This document shows positions 1 through 14,592 of a stretch of DNA of 29,356 nt, piece by piece. The DNA is from Kofleriaceae bacterium (GTDB taxonomy: Bacteria; Myxococcota_A; Polyangia; Haliangiales; Haliangiaceae), in contig JBKJLC010000105.1 of the NCBI GenBank assembly GCA_046597055.1, positions 1 through 29,356 on the forward strand. Direction: 5' to 3'. The notes under the pieces were generated by a model, which was given only the letters and a program-made list of their open reading frames with translations, did no database searches and was not told where the DNA came from. Positions within the stretch are counted from its first letter, which is position 1. Every line of letters starts with the position of its first letter. The translations under genes were made by a program, and so were the position numbers.

Positions 1-1286
<1,286 letters not shown>

Positions 1287-1293
1287 TCGGGCA

Positions 1294-1299
1294 AAGTTA
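1294..1299 (-). promoter_or_regulatory. -10 element (TAACTT) of a probable leaderless uvrA transcript
   Basis: TAACTT lies 7 nt upstream of the uvrA ATG and no Shine-Dalgarno is present. Confidence 0.6.
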
Positions 1300-1318
1300 C
1301 TACAACGGTGTGACACCA

Positions 1319-1332
1319 CGAACACCTGTTCG
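1319..1332. promoter_or_regulatory. LexA (SOS) box, Actinobacteria/Firmicutes type
   Basis: CGAAC-ACCT-GTTCG (perfectly inverted arms) matches GAAC-N4-GTTC, 33-46 nt upstream of uvrA over the expected -35 region. Confidence 0.85.
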
Positions 1333-1379
1333 GATCGGGGCCGGCCTAAGGATTGGTCCTTTTCGCCCGATAGGACTCC

Positions 1380-2762
1380 GTGACCACCACCCGTCGCGCT
1401 GCGCTTGTTCTCGGGGCGTTTTGCGCGGTAGCGCTGGGCGTTCACCTCGCCGCCGGGCTCGCGTACCCCGTGCCGTGGGTTGACGAGATCGACTTCCTCG
1501 CACCCGCGCTTTCGCTCGCCCATCACGGCTCCCTCCGGGCTCCACAACTGGCGGCTCCGTCGGGCATGTTCTGGGTGTCCGACGCCTATTACGTGATCCT
1601 CGCCCCCGTCCTGCGAGTCTTTCCGGCGACGGTCGAAACGGGCCGCTGGGTGTCTTTCGTTGCTGTCCTGGCCGCCTCGGCTGGATTTTTCACCGCTGGG
1701 CGGAAGGCGGGCGCCCACCCGGTCGCGGCTGCCGCGGTCGCCGGGGTGTGGCTCCTTATGCCCAAGGTGGTCGTGGCCGCCAACGTCGCCCGACACGAGG
1801 GCATCGTTCTTGGCTGTGTCGCGTGGGCCCTCGTTGCGGTCTTCAGCGGGCGACGGGTCGCGGCCGTGACCCTCGGCGTGTTCGCCGCGGTGCTGCACCC
1901 TGCCGGCATCGCGTTCGCGGCAGTAATCGTGCTCGCCGTGCTCGTCTGCCCAGCGGCGAAGGCGACCACGAAGTGGGAGTGGGCCGGAGCAGCCGCGCTC
2001 ACCGCGTTCGTCGGCTTCGAGGTGGTGCACTTCGTCAGCAACTGGGGTATCGCCACCGAGCAGATCCGCTTTCAGCTGGCGCGTAAGGGCGCCCGGGTCA
2101 CCCCCGCCATCGACTTCGGTTTTGCCCTCGGATTGCTTGGTTCGCTGGGCCTGCTCGTGCGCCTCCGTCGGCACGCATCGCAGCCGGCCGTTGTGTTCCT
2201 CGGCGTCGCGTTTGGAGGTGCCGCGGTCTCCGCGTTCGGGCACGAAATGTGGTACGGCGTGTACGGCCTACCGACGGGCGCGCTCGTGCTCGCGCTGGGT
2301 GCGCTCGTCTTGGTGCCGCGCCTCGACGCGTCGTGGCAGCGCTCCGCTCAGCTCGCAACGCTGGCGTTCGCGACGCTGGTGGTGTTCGGCACCCAGGGCT
2401 ACGGCGTTGCCTTCTACGGCATGCGGATCGACCACGACCAAACCGAGCTCGCGACCTTCGTGGCCGACGTGCGCGCCCAACTGGTTGCGCTCGACGAGCA
2501 AACCAGCGAGCCCACCACCGTTGCTCTCAACGCGCTCAGCGGCCTGCCGTGGCCGTTGCAGCAGGAGCGCTTCGGCAACGTCACGCTGGTGAAGGAGACC
2601 GCCGTGTCGGCCGCGACCAACCCCGACTATCGGCTGTACGCCCGCACCGCGTGCTGCACCGGCAAGATCGAAGCGACCGAACCGCTCGGCGAGGTCGTTG
2701 CCACCGTCGCGTCGCCCCATGACCTGTTCGATGCCACGCTTTTCAAAACCACCCCTGAATAA
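1380..2762 (+). CDS. Polytopic membrane protein, probable GT-C (PMT/ArnT-like) glycosyltransferase
   Basis: Many hydrophobic segments; 'PWVDE' acidic motif after TM1 and an 'ARHE' loop typical of GT-C enzymes; soluble C-terminal domain. Confidence 0.6.
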   Translation: MTTTRRAALVLGAFCAVALGVHLAAGLAYPVPWVDEIDFLAPALSLAHHGSLRAPQLAAPSGMFWVSDAYYVILAPVLRVFPATVETGRWVSFVAVLAASAGFFTAGRKAGAHPVAAAAVAGVWLLMPKVVVAANVARHEGIVLGCVAWALVAVFSGRRVAAVTLGVFAAVLHPAGIAFAAVIVLAVLVCPAAKATTKWEWAGAAALTAFVGFEVVHFVSNWGIATEQIRFQLARKGARVTPAIDFGFALGLLGSLGLLVRLRRHASQPAVVFLGVAFGGAAVSAFGHEMWYGVYGLPTGALVLALGALVLVPRLDASWQRSAQLATLAFATLVVFGTQGYGVAFYGMRIDHDQTELATFVADVRAQLVALDEQTSEPTTVALNALSGLPWPLQQERFGNVTLVKETAVSAATNPDYRLYARTACCTGKIEATEPLGEVVATVASPHDLFDATLFKTTPE

Positions 2763-2766
2763 CGCG

Positions 2767-4863
<2,097 letters not shown>

Positions 4864-4864
4864 G

Positions 4865-5530
4865 ATGGCGCAGCATAGCTCGACAAGTGACAGCGTCCCG
4901 TCAGCTTTGGCTCGCCGGCTCGGCGCGATCCGCGGCTGCTACGCGATGCTCGATCGCGACGACGAGGCGCTGGCGCGTGCGCTGATCGGCGGGGGCGCGC
5001 GGGTGCTGCAGGTGCGGCTCAAGCCAGCGACGACCCGGGCCACGCTGGCGGCCGCGCGGATGGCGCGGCGGGTGACGCGCGAGCTCGGGGCCATCCTGAT
5101 CGTCAACGACCGGGTCGACGTCGCCCTGGCGGTCGAGGCCGACGGCATCCACGTGGGCCAGGACGACCTGGCGCTGGCCGACGTCCAGCGGATCGCGCCG
5201 GGCCTCATCGTGGGGGTGTCCACCCACGATCTCGCGCAGGTGCGCGCGGCGGTGGCCGGCGGCGCTGACTACCTCGGGTTCGGACCGGTGTTCGCGACCG
5301 CGACCAAGCTCGACCCTGACCCGGTGGTCGGGCTGGACGGGCTGACCGCGGCCGTGACGGCGGCCGGGGCGGTCCCGGTGGTCGCGATCGGTGGGATCCG
5401 GATCGAGCACGCCGGTGCCATCGCGGCGACCGGGGCGGCCGCAGCCTGCGCCATCGGCGCGGTGAACCAGGCGCTGGATGTGGGTGCAGCGGCGCGGGCG
5501 CTCGGCCTTCCGTGGGCCACGCCGGCGTAA
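4865..5530 (+). CDS. thiE: Thiamine-phosphate synthase
   Basis: [48 protein letters not shown] and VVAIGGI motifs. Start uncertain (ATG 4865 or TTG 4907). Confidence 0.93.
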   Translation: MAQHSSTSDSVPSALARRLGAIRGCYAMLDRDDEALARALIGGGARVLQVRLKPATTRATLAAARMARRVTRELGAILIVNDRVDVALAVEADGIHVGQDDLALADVQRIAPGLIVGVSTHDLAQVRAAVAGGADYLGFGPVFATATKLDPDPVVGLDGLTAAVTAAGAVPVVAIGGIRIEHAGAIAATGAAAACAIGAVNQALDVGAAARALGLPWATPA

Positions 5531-5641
5531 GGCCCTGATAGTGCGGGGGTCGGCGTGCTACCGTACGAGGGCGCGCGGCGGATGAATGGGCTCGATGGAG
5601 CCGCCGTCGAACCGCGACGTTCCGTACCTGCAGGAGAGATC

Positions 5642-5950
5642 ATGGCCAAGCTCGGGTTCTTCTCGCTCATCGCGGCGTTCGTGGGCACGCTCGCCATCGT
5701 CGGAGTGACGTCCCAGGACGCCTCCGCGGCCCGGCCGTGTGCTCGCAAGAAGTTCGAGAGCACGCTGGTGAAGGCGGCGTGCCAGAAGGGCGGGCAGGAC
5801 GAGGCCAAGAAGGTGATGAAGGCGTACCTGAAGGAGGCGAAGAAGAAGAACGCCTCGCTCGCCTGCGCCACCTGCCACAGCAAGGTCGGCGGCGACTACC
5901 CGCTCAAGCCCGACGGCCAGGCCAAGTACAAGTCCAACGGCGGGAAATAG
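5642..5950 (+). CDS. Small secreted, Lys-rich monoheme c-type cytochrome
   Basis: SD AGGAG before ATG 5642; signal peptide ending ASA-A; single CATCH (CxxCH) motif; Met in VMKAY as possible distal ligand; two extra Cys. Confidence 0.7.
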   Translation: MAKLGFFSLIAAFVGTLAIVGVTSQDASAARPCARKKFESTLVKAACQKGGQDEAKKVMKAYLKEAKKKNASLACATCHSKVGGDYPLKPDGQAKYKSNGGK

Positions 5951-6031
5951 CCCCGTCGCGGCGGCCCAGCGACTCCCGCGCGGCGCCCGGTGCGACCAGC
6001 GGAACGGCGAAGCCAACCGCCGTCAGTGACG

Positions 6032-6196
6032 GCTAGCAGCGAGCGAGGAGCCTCGGATGCGAGGCGACGGTGGGGCCCGACGAGAACCGGTATCCCTGAG
6101 CGCAGCGCGAAGCGCGGAGTCGAAGGGGTGCGCCTGGTCGTGACGAAGTCGGGAGGACCGGCAACGACGCCGGCGAGGCCCGCCCTCGCTGCTAGC
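6032..6196 (+). repeat. Structured intergenic repeat, copy A (MITE/REPIN-like long hairpin)
   Basis: Perfect 12-bp terminal inverted repeat GCTAGCAGCGAG / CTCGCTGCTAGC with CTAG at both ends; homologous to the reverse complement of 16957-17088. Confidence 0.85.
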
Positions 6197-7036
6197 TCAG
6201 GCGTTGCACTTGGACTTGTTCTTGGCAGCAGCCTTGAGGTCCTTGTCCTTGGCCTCGGCCTTCTTGAGGAGCGTCGACTTCGGGTGCTTCTGCTTGAGGA
6301 CGCCGAGGTAGGCGCGCGCCTCGGCGCAGTTTTTCAGGCGCTCGGCCGCCTCGGCGGCGCGGAACAGGGCGTCGTCGGCGAGCGAGCTGGTGGCGAACTT
6401 GTCGAACACCTTCTGGTACTCGCGGATCGCGAGCTCCCAGTCCGACTGCTGGAAGTAGGTCTCGCCGCGGAAGTACTGGGCGTCGTCGGCGCGGTCGTGA
6501 GTCGGGAAGCCGACCGCGAGCTTCTTGAAGCCCTCGCGCGCCTCGTCCCACTTCTTGAGGCCGAACGAGGCGGTGGCCGCGGTCCAGATCTCGTCGGGGT
6601 TGCCGCTGCCCGGGGCCCCGGCGGTGCCGCCGCGGCCCTCGAGCGCGAGCAGGCGCTGCTCGAGCCCGGCCAGGCGCTCGTCGTTGCTCGCCTTGTAGCG
6701 ATCGAGGTCGGCCTTGATCTCGTCGAGCATGTTCTTGGCGGCCGAGACCAGGCCGGTCGAGACCCGGATGTCGTTGCGCAGCGCCTCGAGGTCGGCCCCG
6801 ATGTCGGCGCTGTTGCGCTTGAGCAGCTTGGTCGCCTCGTCGAGCACGCGCTTGAGCTCGTCGACCTTGACGGTCAGGTCGGCCTCCTTCTTGGAGACGC
6901 GCTCCTCGAGCGAGGTGACGTCCTTGCGCAGGGACTTGCCCTCGCTCTTGGTGGTCGCCCAGAAGCAGCCGGTCGCGCCGCTGGCGAGCACGGCGACGAT
7001 GCCGGCCGATGACATCAACGTGAAGCGTGACTTCAT
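6197..7036 (-). CDS. cpoB: Tol-Pal system protein CpoB/YbgF (coiled coil + TPR), lipoprotein form
   Basis: Directly downstream of pal; SD GAAGGAG before ATG 7036; lipobox-like ATGC; coiled coil then TPRs (ADDAQYFRGETYF, LADDALFRAAEA). Confidence 0.85.
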   Translation of the reverse strand: MKSRFTLMSSAGIVAVLASGATGCFWATTKSEGKSLRKDVTSLEERVSKKEADLTVKVDELKRVLDEATKLLKRNSADIGADLEALRNDIRVSTGLVSAAKNMLDEIKADLDRYKASNDERLAGLEQRLLALEGRGGTAGAPGSGNPDEIWTAATASFGLKKWDEAREGFKKLAVGFPTHDRADDAQYFRGETYFQQSDWELAIREYQKVFDKFATSSLADDALFRAAEAAERLKNCAEARAYLGVLKQKHPKSTLLKKAEAKDKDLKAAAKNKSKCNA

Positions 7037-7046
7037 GACAGCTCCT

Positions 7047-7811
7047 TCATCGCCACGTGAACTCGACGCGGCGATCCTTGTCGGCACCCTGGCCGCTCAG
7101 CTCGGACTCGCCCTTGGGCACGACCTGCAGGCGGGCCGGATCGACGCCGAGGCGCGCCAGGTAGTCGGCGACGGTCTGGGCCCGGCGCTCGGACAGCGCG
7201 ATGTTGTACTCGTCGGTGCCGGAGTCGTCGGTGTGGCCGACCACCAGGACCGGCTTGGTGCCGTTCTTCTCGACGCAGGCGGCGTTGCCGTCGAGGCGGT
7301 CGCGCTCGCTGGCGGCGATGGCCGCATCGTCGTGCTCGAAGAACACGGTGGCCAGCTCGCAGGTGCCGGCGGTGCCGGCGCCCGACGGCTTCTGGCAGAA
7401 GCCGTCGAGGCAGTCCTCGTCGTCGGGGCACTCCTCGTCGGTCTTGCACGCCGTCCCGCGCTTGCAGGCGCCCGCCTCGCAGGTGCCACCAGGACCGCAG
7501 TCGCTGTTGCTGGCACATGCCTGGCACTTGCCGGCCTGGCACACCTTGCCGTCGGGACAGTCGGTGTCCTTGCTGCACTCGGCCGCGGCGCACGCGCCGT
7601 TCTTGCAGGTCTTGCCCGCACCGCAGTCGGCGTTCTTGGCGCACTGCACGCACTGCTTGTTGACGCACACGAGCCCCTCCGCGCAGTCGTCGTTGCCGTC
7701 GCACCCCGGGGGCTTCGGCAACTTCTTGCAGCTGGCGACCAGGGCGACCACGACGAGGCTGCACGCCAGTACGCACAGGTAGAACCGCACGCCCGCAGTC
7801 GAGGCTCGCAT
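7047..7811 (-). CDS. pal: Peptidoglycan-associated lipoprotein (OmpA_C domain) with five Cys-rich repeats
   Basis: Lipobox VASC; 5x C-x5-C-x5-C-x4-C units; OmpA-like domain (VFFEHD, GHTDDSGTDEYNIALSERRA, DRRVEF); pal-cpoB gene order. Confidence 0.82.
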   Translation of the reverse strand: MRASTAGVRFYLCVLACSLVVVALVASCKKLPKPPGCDGNDDCAEGLVCVNKQCVQCAKNADCGAGKTCKNGACAAAECSKDTDCPDGKVCQAGKCQACASNSDCGPGGTCEAGACKRGTACKTDEECPDDEDCLDGFCQKPSGAGTAGTCELATVFFEHDDAAIAASERDRLDGNAACVEKNGTKPVLVVGHTDDSGTDEYNIALSERRAQTVADYLARLGVDPARLQVVPKGESELSGQGADKDRRVEFTWR

Positions 7812-7817
7812 GGGTCG

Positions 7818-7846
7818 AAGCTACGAGCCCGGGCCCTGGGAGTCAA
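7818..7846 (-). promoter_or_regulatory. sigma70-type promoter of pal-cpoB (leaderless)
   Basis: TTGACT-N17-TAGCTT, 6 nt before ATG 7811. Confidence 0.7.
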
Positions 7847-7974
7847 ATTGCTGCGCACCCTTAGGCTGCGCTCGCAGCCCCGGAACCCGCCTCGGCGTGC
7901 GCTCGGTCGCCCCGGTGTTGCTGGCCCGCGGTCGGCCGCGGTCGCTGGGTTCCAGTGGTAGGGTCGCCCCGGCC

Positions 7975-9348
<1,374 letters not shown>

Positions 9349-9364
9349 TCGCCCGCGCCGCCGG

Positions 9365-11140
9365 TCAGAACCGGCAGCCGGACTCGGACCCGAGCGTCGT
9401 GCAGGTACCACCCCACGGGCACGCGGTCGCGCCCGACCCGGTGATGCACGTGCGGTAGCAGCGGGGCTGATCGTCGCTGCCCGGCATGCACACGTTGCCG
9501 GTGCCGCACTCGGGGCTGGCGGTGCAGCGTGCGCCCAGCACGCCCCGGGCGTCGTCGTAGGCCGGGTAGACGATGCGCGCGCGGATGCCGAAGCCGTCGC
9601 GATCGGGCGCGGCGCCGCTGGCGTCGCTCCAGGCCGCGATCAGCGCGCCGTCGGGCAGCCAGCCGACCGAGGGGTCGAGCTGGTTGTTGGCGACCGTGGT
9701 GTTGACCAGCCGGCTGGGGCCGACCGGCGCCAGCGAGGGCCGGAACACCTGCAGCCGGATGCCGCACGCGGCGCCGTCGCCCTCGACCAGGCACGACTCC
9801 CAGCTGACCGCGATCGCGCCGTCGGCTCGGGTCGCGATCGCGGCCGAGGGCAGCTCGACCGCGCGGGTGGCGAGGCTCTCCGCGATCCGGGTGCCGCCGG
9901 TGGTCACGCGCCGCACGACGATCTGACCGTCGACCGCGTCGCTGCCGTCGTCCAGGCTGCGGCGGGCGTAGGTGACGACCACGTCGCCCTCGACCCGCGC
10001 GGCCAGCGGCTCGCCGAGCCGGTCGGTGTCGCGGTGGCCCACGATAAGGAGGTCAGCCGCGCGGGGCTGGCCGGTCGGCGTGTAGAACCGCGCCCGCAGC
10101 GTGCTGCCGGTCCGCCAGATCACCGCGTGGGCGTTGCCGTCACCGAGCGCGACCAGCGCCGGCGGACCACGCTCGGCGAGCGGCGTGGTCGAGATCACGT
10201 AGGCATCACCGCTGGCAGAGACCGGATTGGCGCCGATCAGCCCGGTGGCCTCGACGTAGCGCGCCTTGACGACGAAGGGTCCGGGCACCGCGCTGGCCTC
10301 GGTCCATGCGACCACGAAGCGCCCGCCGGGGAGCGCGGTGACCGCCGGCGTCGACGGCGCGGTGGCGCTGGCGAGGACCGTCTCGGTGGCGGTGAGCGCC
10401 GCGCCGCGGCCGTCGATCGCGACCGCGAGCAGATCGGTACTGCTGGCCCACACCGCCAGGGTCACGCCGTCGGCGTTGGTCGCGACCGAGGGCTCGAAGC
10501 CGGTCGGATCGTTGGACTGGTTGATGTTGAACTGACCGTCGCCGGCGGCGCTCGCGGTGGCGACCGCGCGGCCGGTGGGATCGAAGCGGCGCCCGAAGAC
10601 GTCGCAGCGCGCGGCGACATCCTCGCAGGAGTCCGACCAGCCGATGGTGGCGACCCCGGTCGGGCTGACCGCGAGCTGGCGACCGGCGGCGTCGGGGCGA
10701 AACGCCAGCGCCTGATCGCCGATGAAGCTGGTGTTGACCGCGAAGTCGTTGGGCTCGAGCATGAGGTCGACGTCGAGCCGCAGGTCGGGCTGGATCGCGA
10801 CGGTCAAGGCGCCGGCGGCGATCGCGGCGCCGGCGAGGTCCTGGGCGGTGATGTCGATCGCCAGGTCGCCTGCGCGCTCGCGGGTCTCGACGCTGAACGT
10901 CAGGGGAAACCCCCGGCCGTCGATCGCGAGCCGCTGGGTCTGGGTCGAGTCGCCGTTCGACACCGAGACATCGAGGCGCTCGACCGTGCCCACCGCCGGG
11001 CGCGCCTGGACCGTGACCAGGGTGAGGCCGCCGGGGTCGGTGCAGGCCGCGGCCGCCGCGAGCGCGCTGACGAAAGCGCTGCTGCGCGCGGTCCGGCGCA
11101 GGGCGGCGAGGCTGCCGCGGCCCCGCCGCGTCCGCGGCAT
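9365..11140 (-). CDS. Predicted lipoprotein with beta-propeller-like repeats and a C-terminal Cys-rich domain
   Basis: Arg-rich N-terminus plus AAAAC lipobox from ATG 11140; repeated VNT...Q..P.V....DG....W units; Cys-rich tail. The 5' part of the 906-aa track ORF is a shadow of upstream genes. Confidence 0.7.
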   Translation of the reverse strand: MPRTRRGRGSLAALRRTARSSAFVSALAAAAACTDPGGLTLVTVQARPAVGTVERLDVSVSNGDSTQTQRLAIDGRGFPLTFSVETRERAGDLAIDITAQDLAGAAIAAGALTVAIQPDLRLDVDLMLEPNDFAVNTSFIGDQALAFRPDAAGRQLAVSPTGVATIGWSDSCEDVAARCDVFGRRFDPTGRAVATASAAGDGQFNINQSNDPTGFEPSVATNADGVTLAVWASSTDLLAVAIDGRGAALTATETVLASATAPSTPAVTALPGGRFVVAWTEASAVPGPFVVKARYVEATGLIGANPVSASGDAYVISTTPLAERGPPALVALGDGNAHAVIWRTGSTLRARFYTPTGQPRAADLLIVGHRDTDRLGEPLAARVEGDVVVTYARRSLDDGSDAVDGQIVVRRVTTGGTRIAESLATRAVELPSAAIATRADGAIAVSWESCLVEGDGAACGIRLQVFRPSLAPVGPSRLVNTTVANNQLDPSVGWLPDGALIAAWSDASGAAPDRDGFGIRARIVYPAYDDARGVLGARCTASPECGTGNVCMPGSDDQPRCYRTCITGSGATACPWGGTCTTLGSESGCRF

Positions 11141-11157
11141 GAGATCGGTGGGCGCGC

Positions 11158-11732
11158 TCAATCGAAGACCACGTTGCCGAGGTCGGTCGACGGGACGCCG
11201 TCGTCGCGCAGCACGAAGTAGGCGCCGGCGCCGGCCCCGGCGGCGGCCGCGATGCCGCCCCAGAACCACCAGCGGGCGTAGATCGGTTTGCGAGCCCTGG
11301 GTGGGTCGCGCTTCGGGGGAGGGTCGCCGCCGCCGAAGCGGGCGGCCTCCCGCCGGCGCGCGGCCTCGTCGGCGGCGCGCCGGCTGGCCTCGAGCTCGTC
11401 GATCAGGTCTTCGACCGCCTCCCGGTTGTCGGCGTCGGGGACCTGGCGCAGGTACTTCCGGAAGCTGAAGATCGCCTGCTCGAAGTTCCCGAGGTTGCGG
11501 TGACACTGGCCGATGTTGAAGAGAAAGGCGGGCAGCGGCCGCGCCTCGAACGCCTGCTCGTACTGTTCGAGCGCCTCGTCGAAGCGGCCGAGCGCAAACA
11601 GCTTCTCGCCCTTCTGGAAGTGATGGCGTGACGAGCGGGTCGCCGCGTCCTCGGCGCGGGCGACCGGGACCCGTCCCAGGCCCACGGCGAGCAGGGCGGA
11701 CAACGCGAAGATGGCCACGACGCGGAGGGGCG

Positions 11733-11736
<4 letters not shown>
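11158..11736 (-). CDS. Secreted TPR protein with C-terminal 'P.Y.RWWFW' hydrophobic segment
   Basis: ATG 11736 overlaps the kinase stop (ATGA); signal peptide; TPRs (FQKGEKLFALGRFDEALEQY, LFNIGQCHRNLG); KPIYARWWFWGG tail typical of myxobacterial TPR proteins. Confidence 0.85.
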
Positions 11737-13883
<2,147 letters not shown>

Positions 13884-13920
13884 GAGCCCACCGGGAATAC
13901 CCGGATCGCAGGAGCGCCCT

Positions 13921-13949
13921 ATTGTACGGAGGCGAAATTGCGTGGGCAA
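13921..13949 (-). promoter_or_regulatory. sigma70-type promoter of the kinase operon
   Basis: TTGCCC-N17-TACAAT on the minus strand, ~37 nt before ATG 13883. Confidence 0.65.
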
Positions 13950-14019
13950 CCGGTGTTTTCCACCGCGTTGGGTCGATCACGCTGCCGTCGCTCCCGGCCG
14001 CTCCCGGCCACTCCCGCGC

Positions 14020-14592
14020 TCAGGGGCAAACCGCCGCGATCGCGGCGTCGATCGCGAGCCTCACCTGGCTGCTGGCCTCCTGGCTCTGCCGAGCGCGCAG
14101 CGGGGCACAGGCACCGGGGGCGGCGGTCGCGCCCAGCGCGCGGGCGGTCGCCGCACGAAGGTCGCGCGCCGGTGCGTCCAGCAGGGGAACCAGCGCCCGG
14201 ACTGCGTCGGCGCCGCCGATCTGGCCGAGCCCCTCGACCGAGGCGATCAGGATGAGCAACTCGGTCCCGGCAGTCGCGGTCTTGCGCTTCTCGACCGAGG
14301 CCGCCAGGGCGCTCCGGGTCAGGTCGCTGTCGAGCAACCCGAGCGATCGGTAGGCGCGGATGCGGACGCCCGGATCGACGTCGGACTCGGCCAGATCGAC
14401 CAGCACCTGCAGATCGCCGCCGACCATCGCCGTCAGGTCGTCCGCCGGCGGCAGGAAGTCGACCCCCGACAGCGCTTCGATCAAGGCGGGTGACGCCACC
14501 AGCTGGGACTTGCCGGCCGACACGGTCGCGGTCAGGCCCGCGGCGGCCGCGAGCGCGAACAGCGCCAGGCGGGAGCGCAGCGGCGTGGTCAC
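14020..14592 (-). CDS. Exported HEAT-repeat protein
   Basis: GTG 14592 overlaps the upstream stop (GTGA); signal peptide; HEAT-like helices (VRIRAYRSLGLL, VEGLGQIGGADAVRALVPLL, LRAATARALG). Confidence 0.75.
   Translation of the reverse strand: MTTPLRSRLALFALAAAAGLTATVSAGKSQLVASPALIEALSGVDFLPPADDLTAMVGGDLQVLVDLAESDVDPGVRIRAYRSLGLLDSDLTRSALAASVEKRKTATAGTELLILIASVEGLGQIGGADAVRALVPLLDAPARDLRAATARALGATAAPGACAPLRARQSQEASSQVRLAIDAAIAAVCP

Noticed and set aside
4864..4910. TPP riboswitch upstream of thiE
   Set aside because: thiE is back-to-back with uvrB; there is no room and no CTGAGA core motif.
5996..6014. CCAGCGGAACGGCGAAGCC resembling an end of repeat copy B
   Set aside because: Too short to distinguish a remnant element end from chance similarity.
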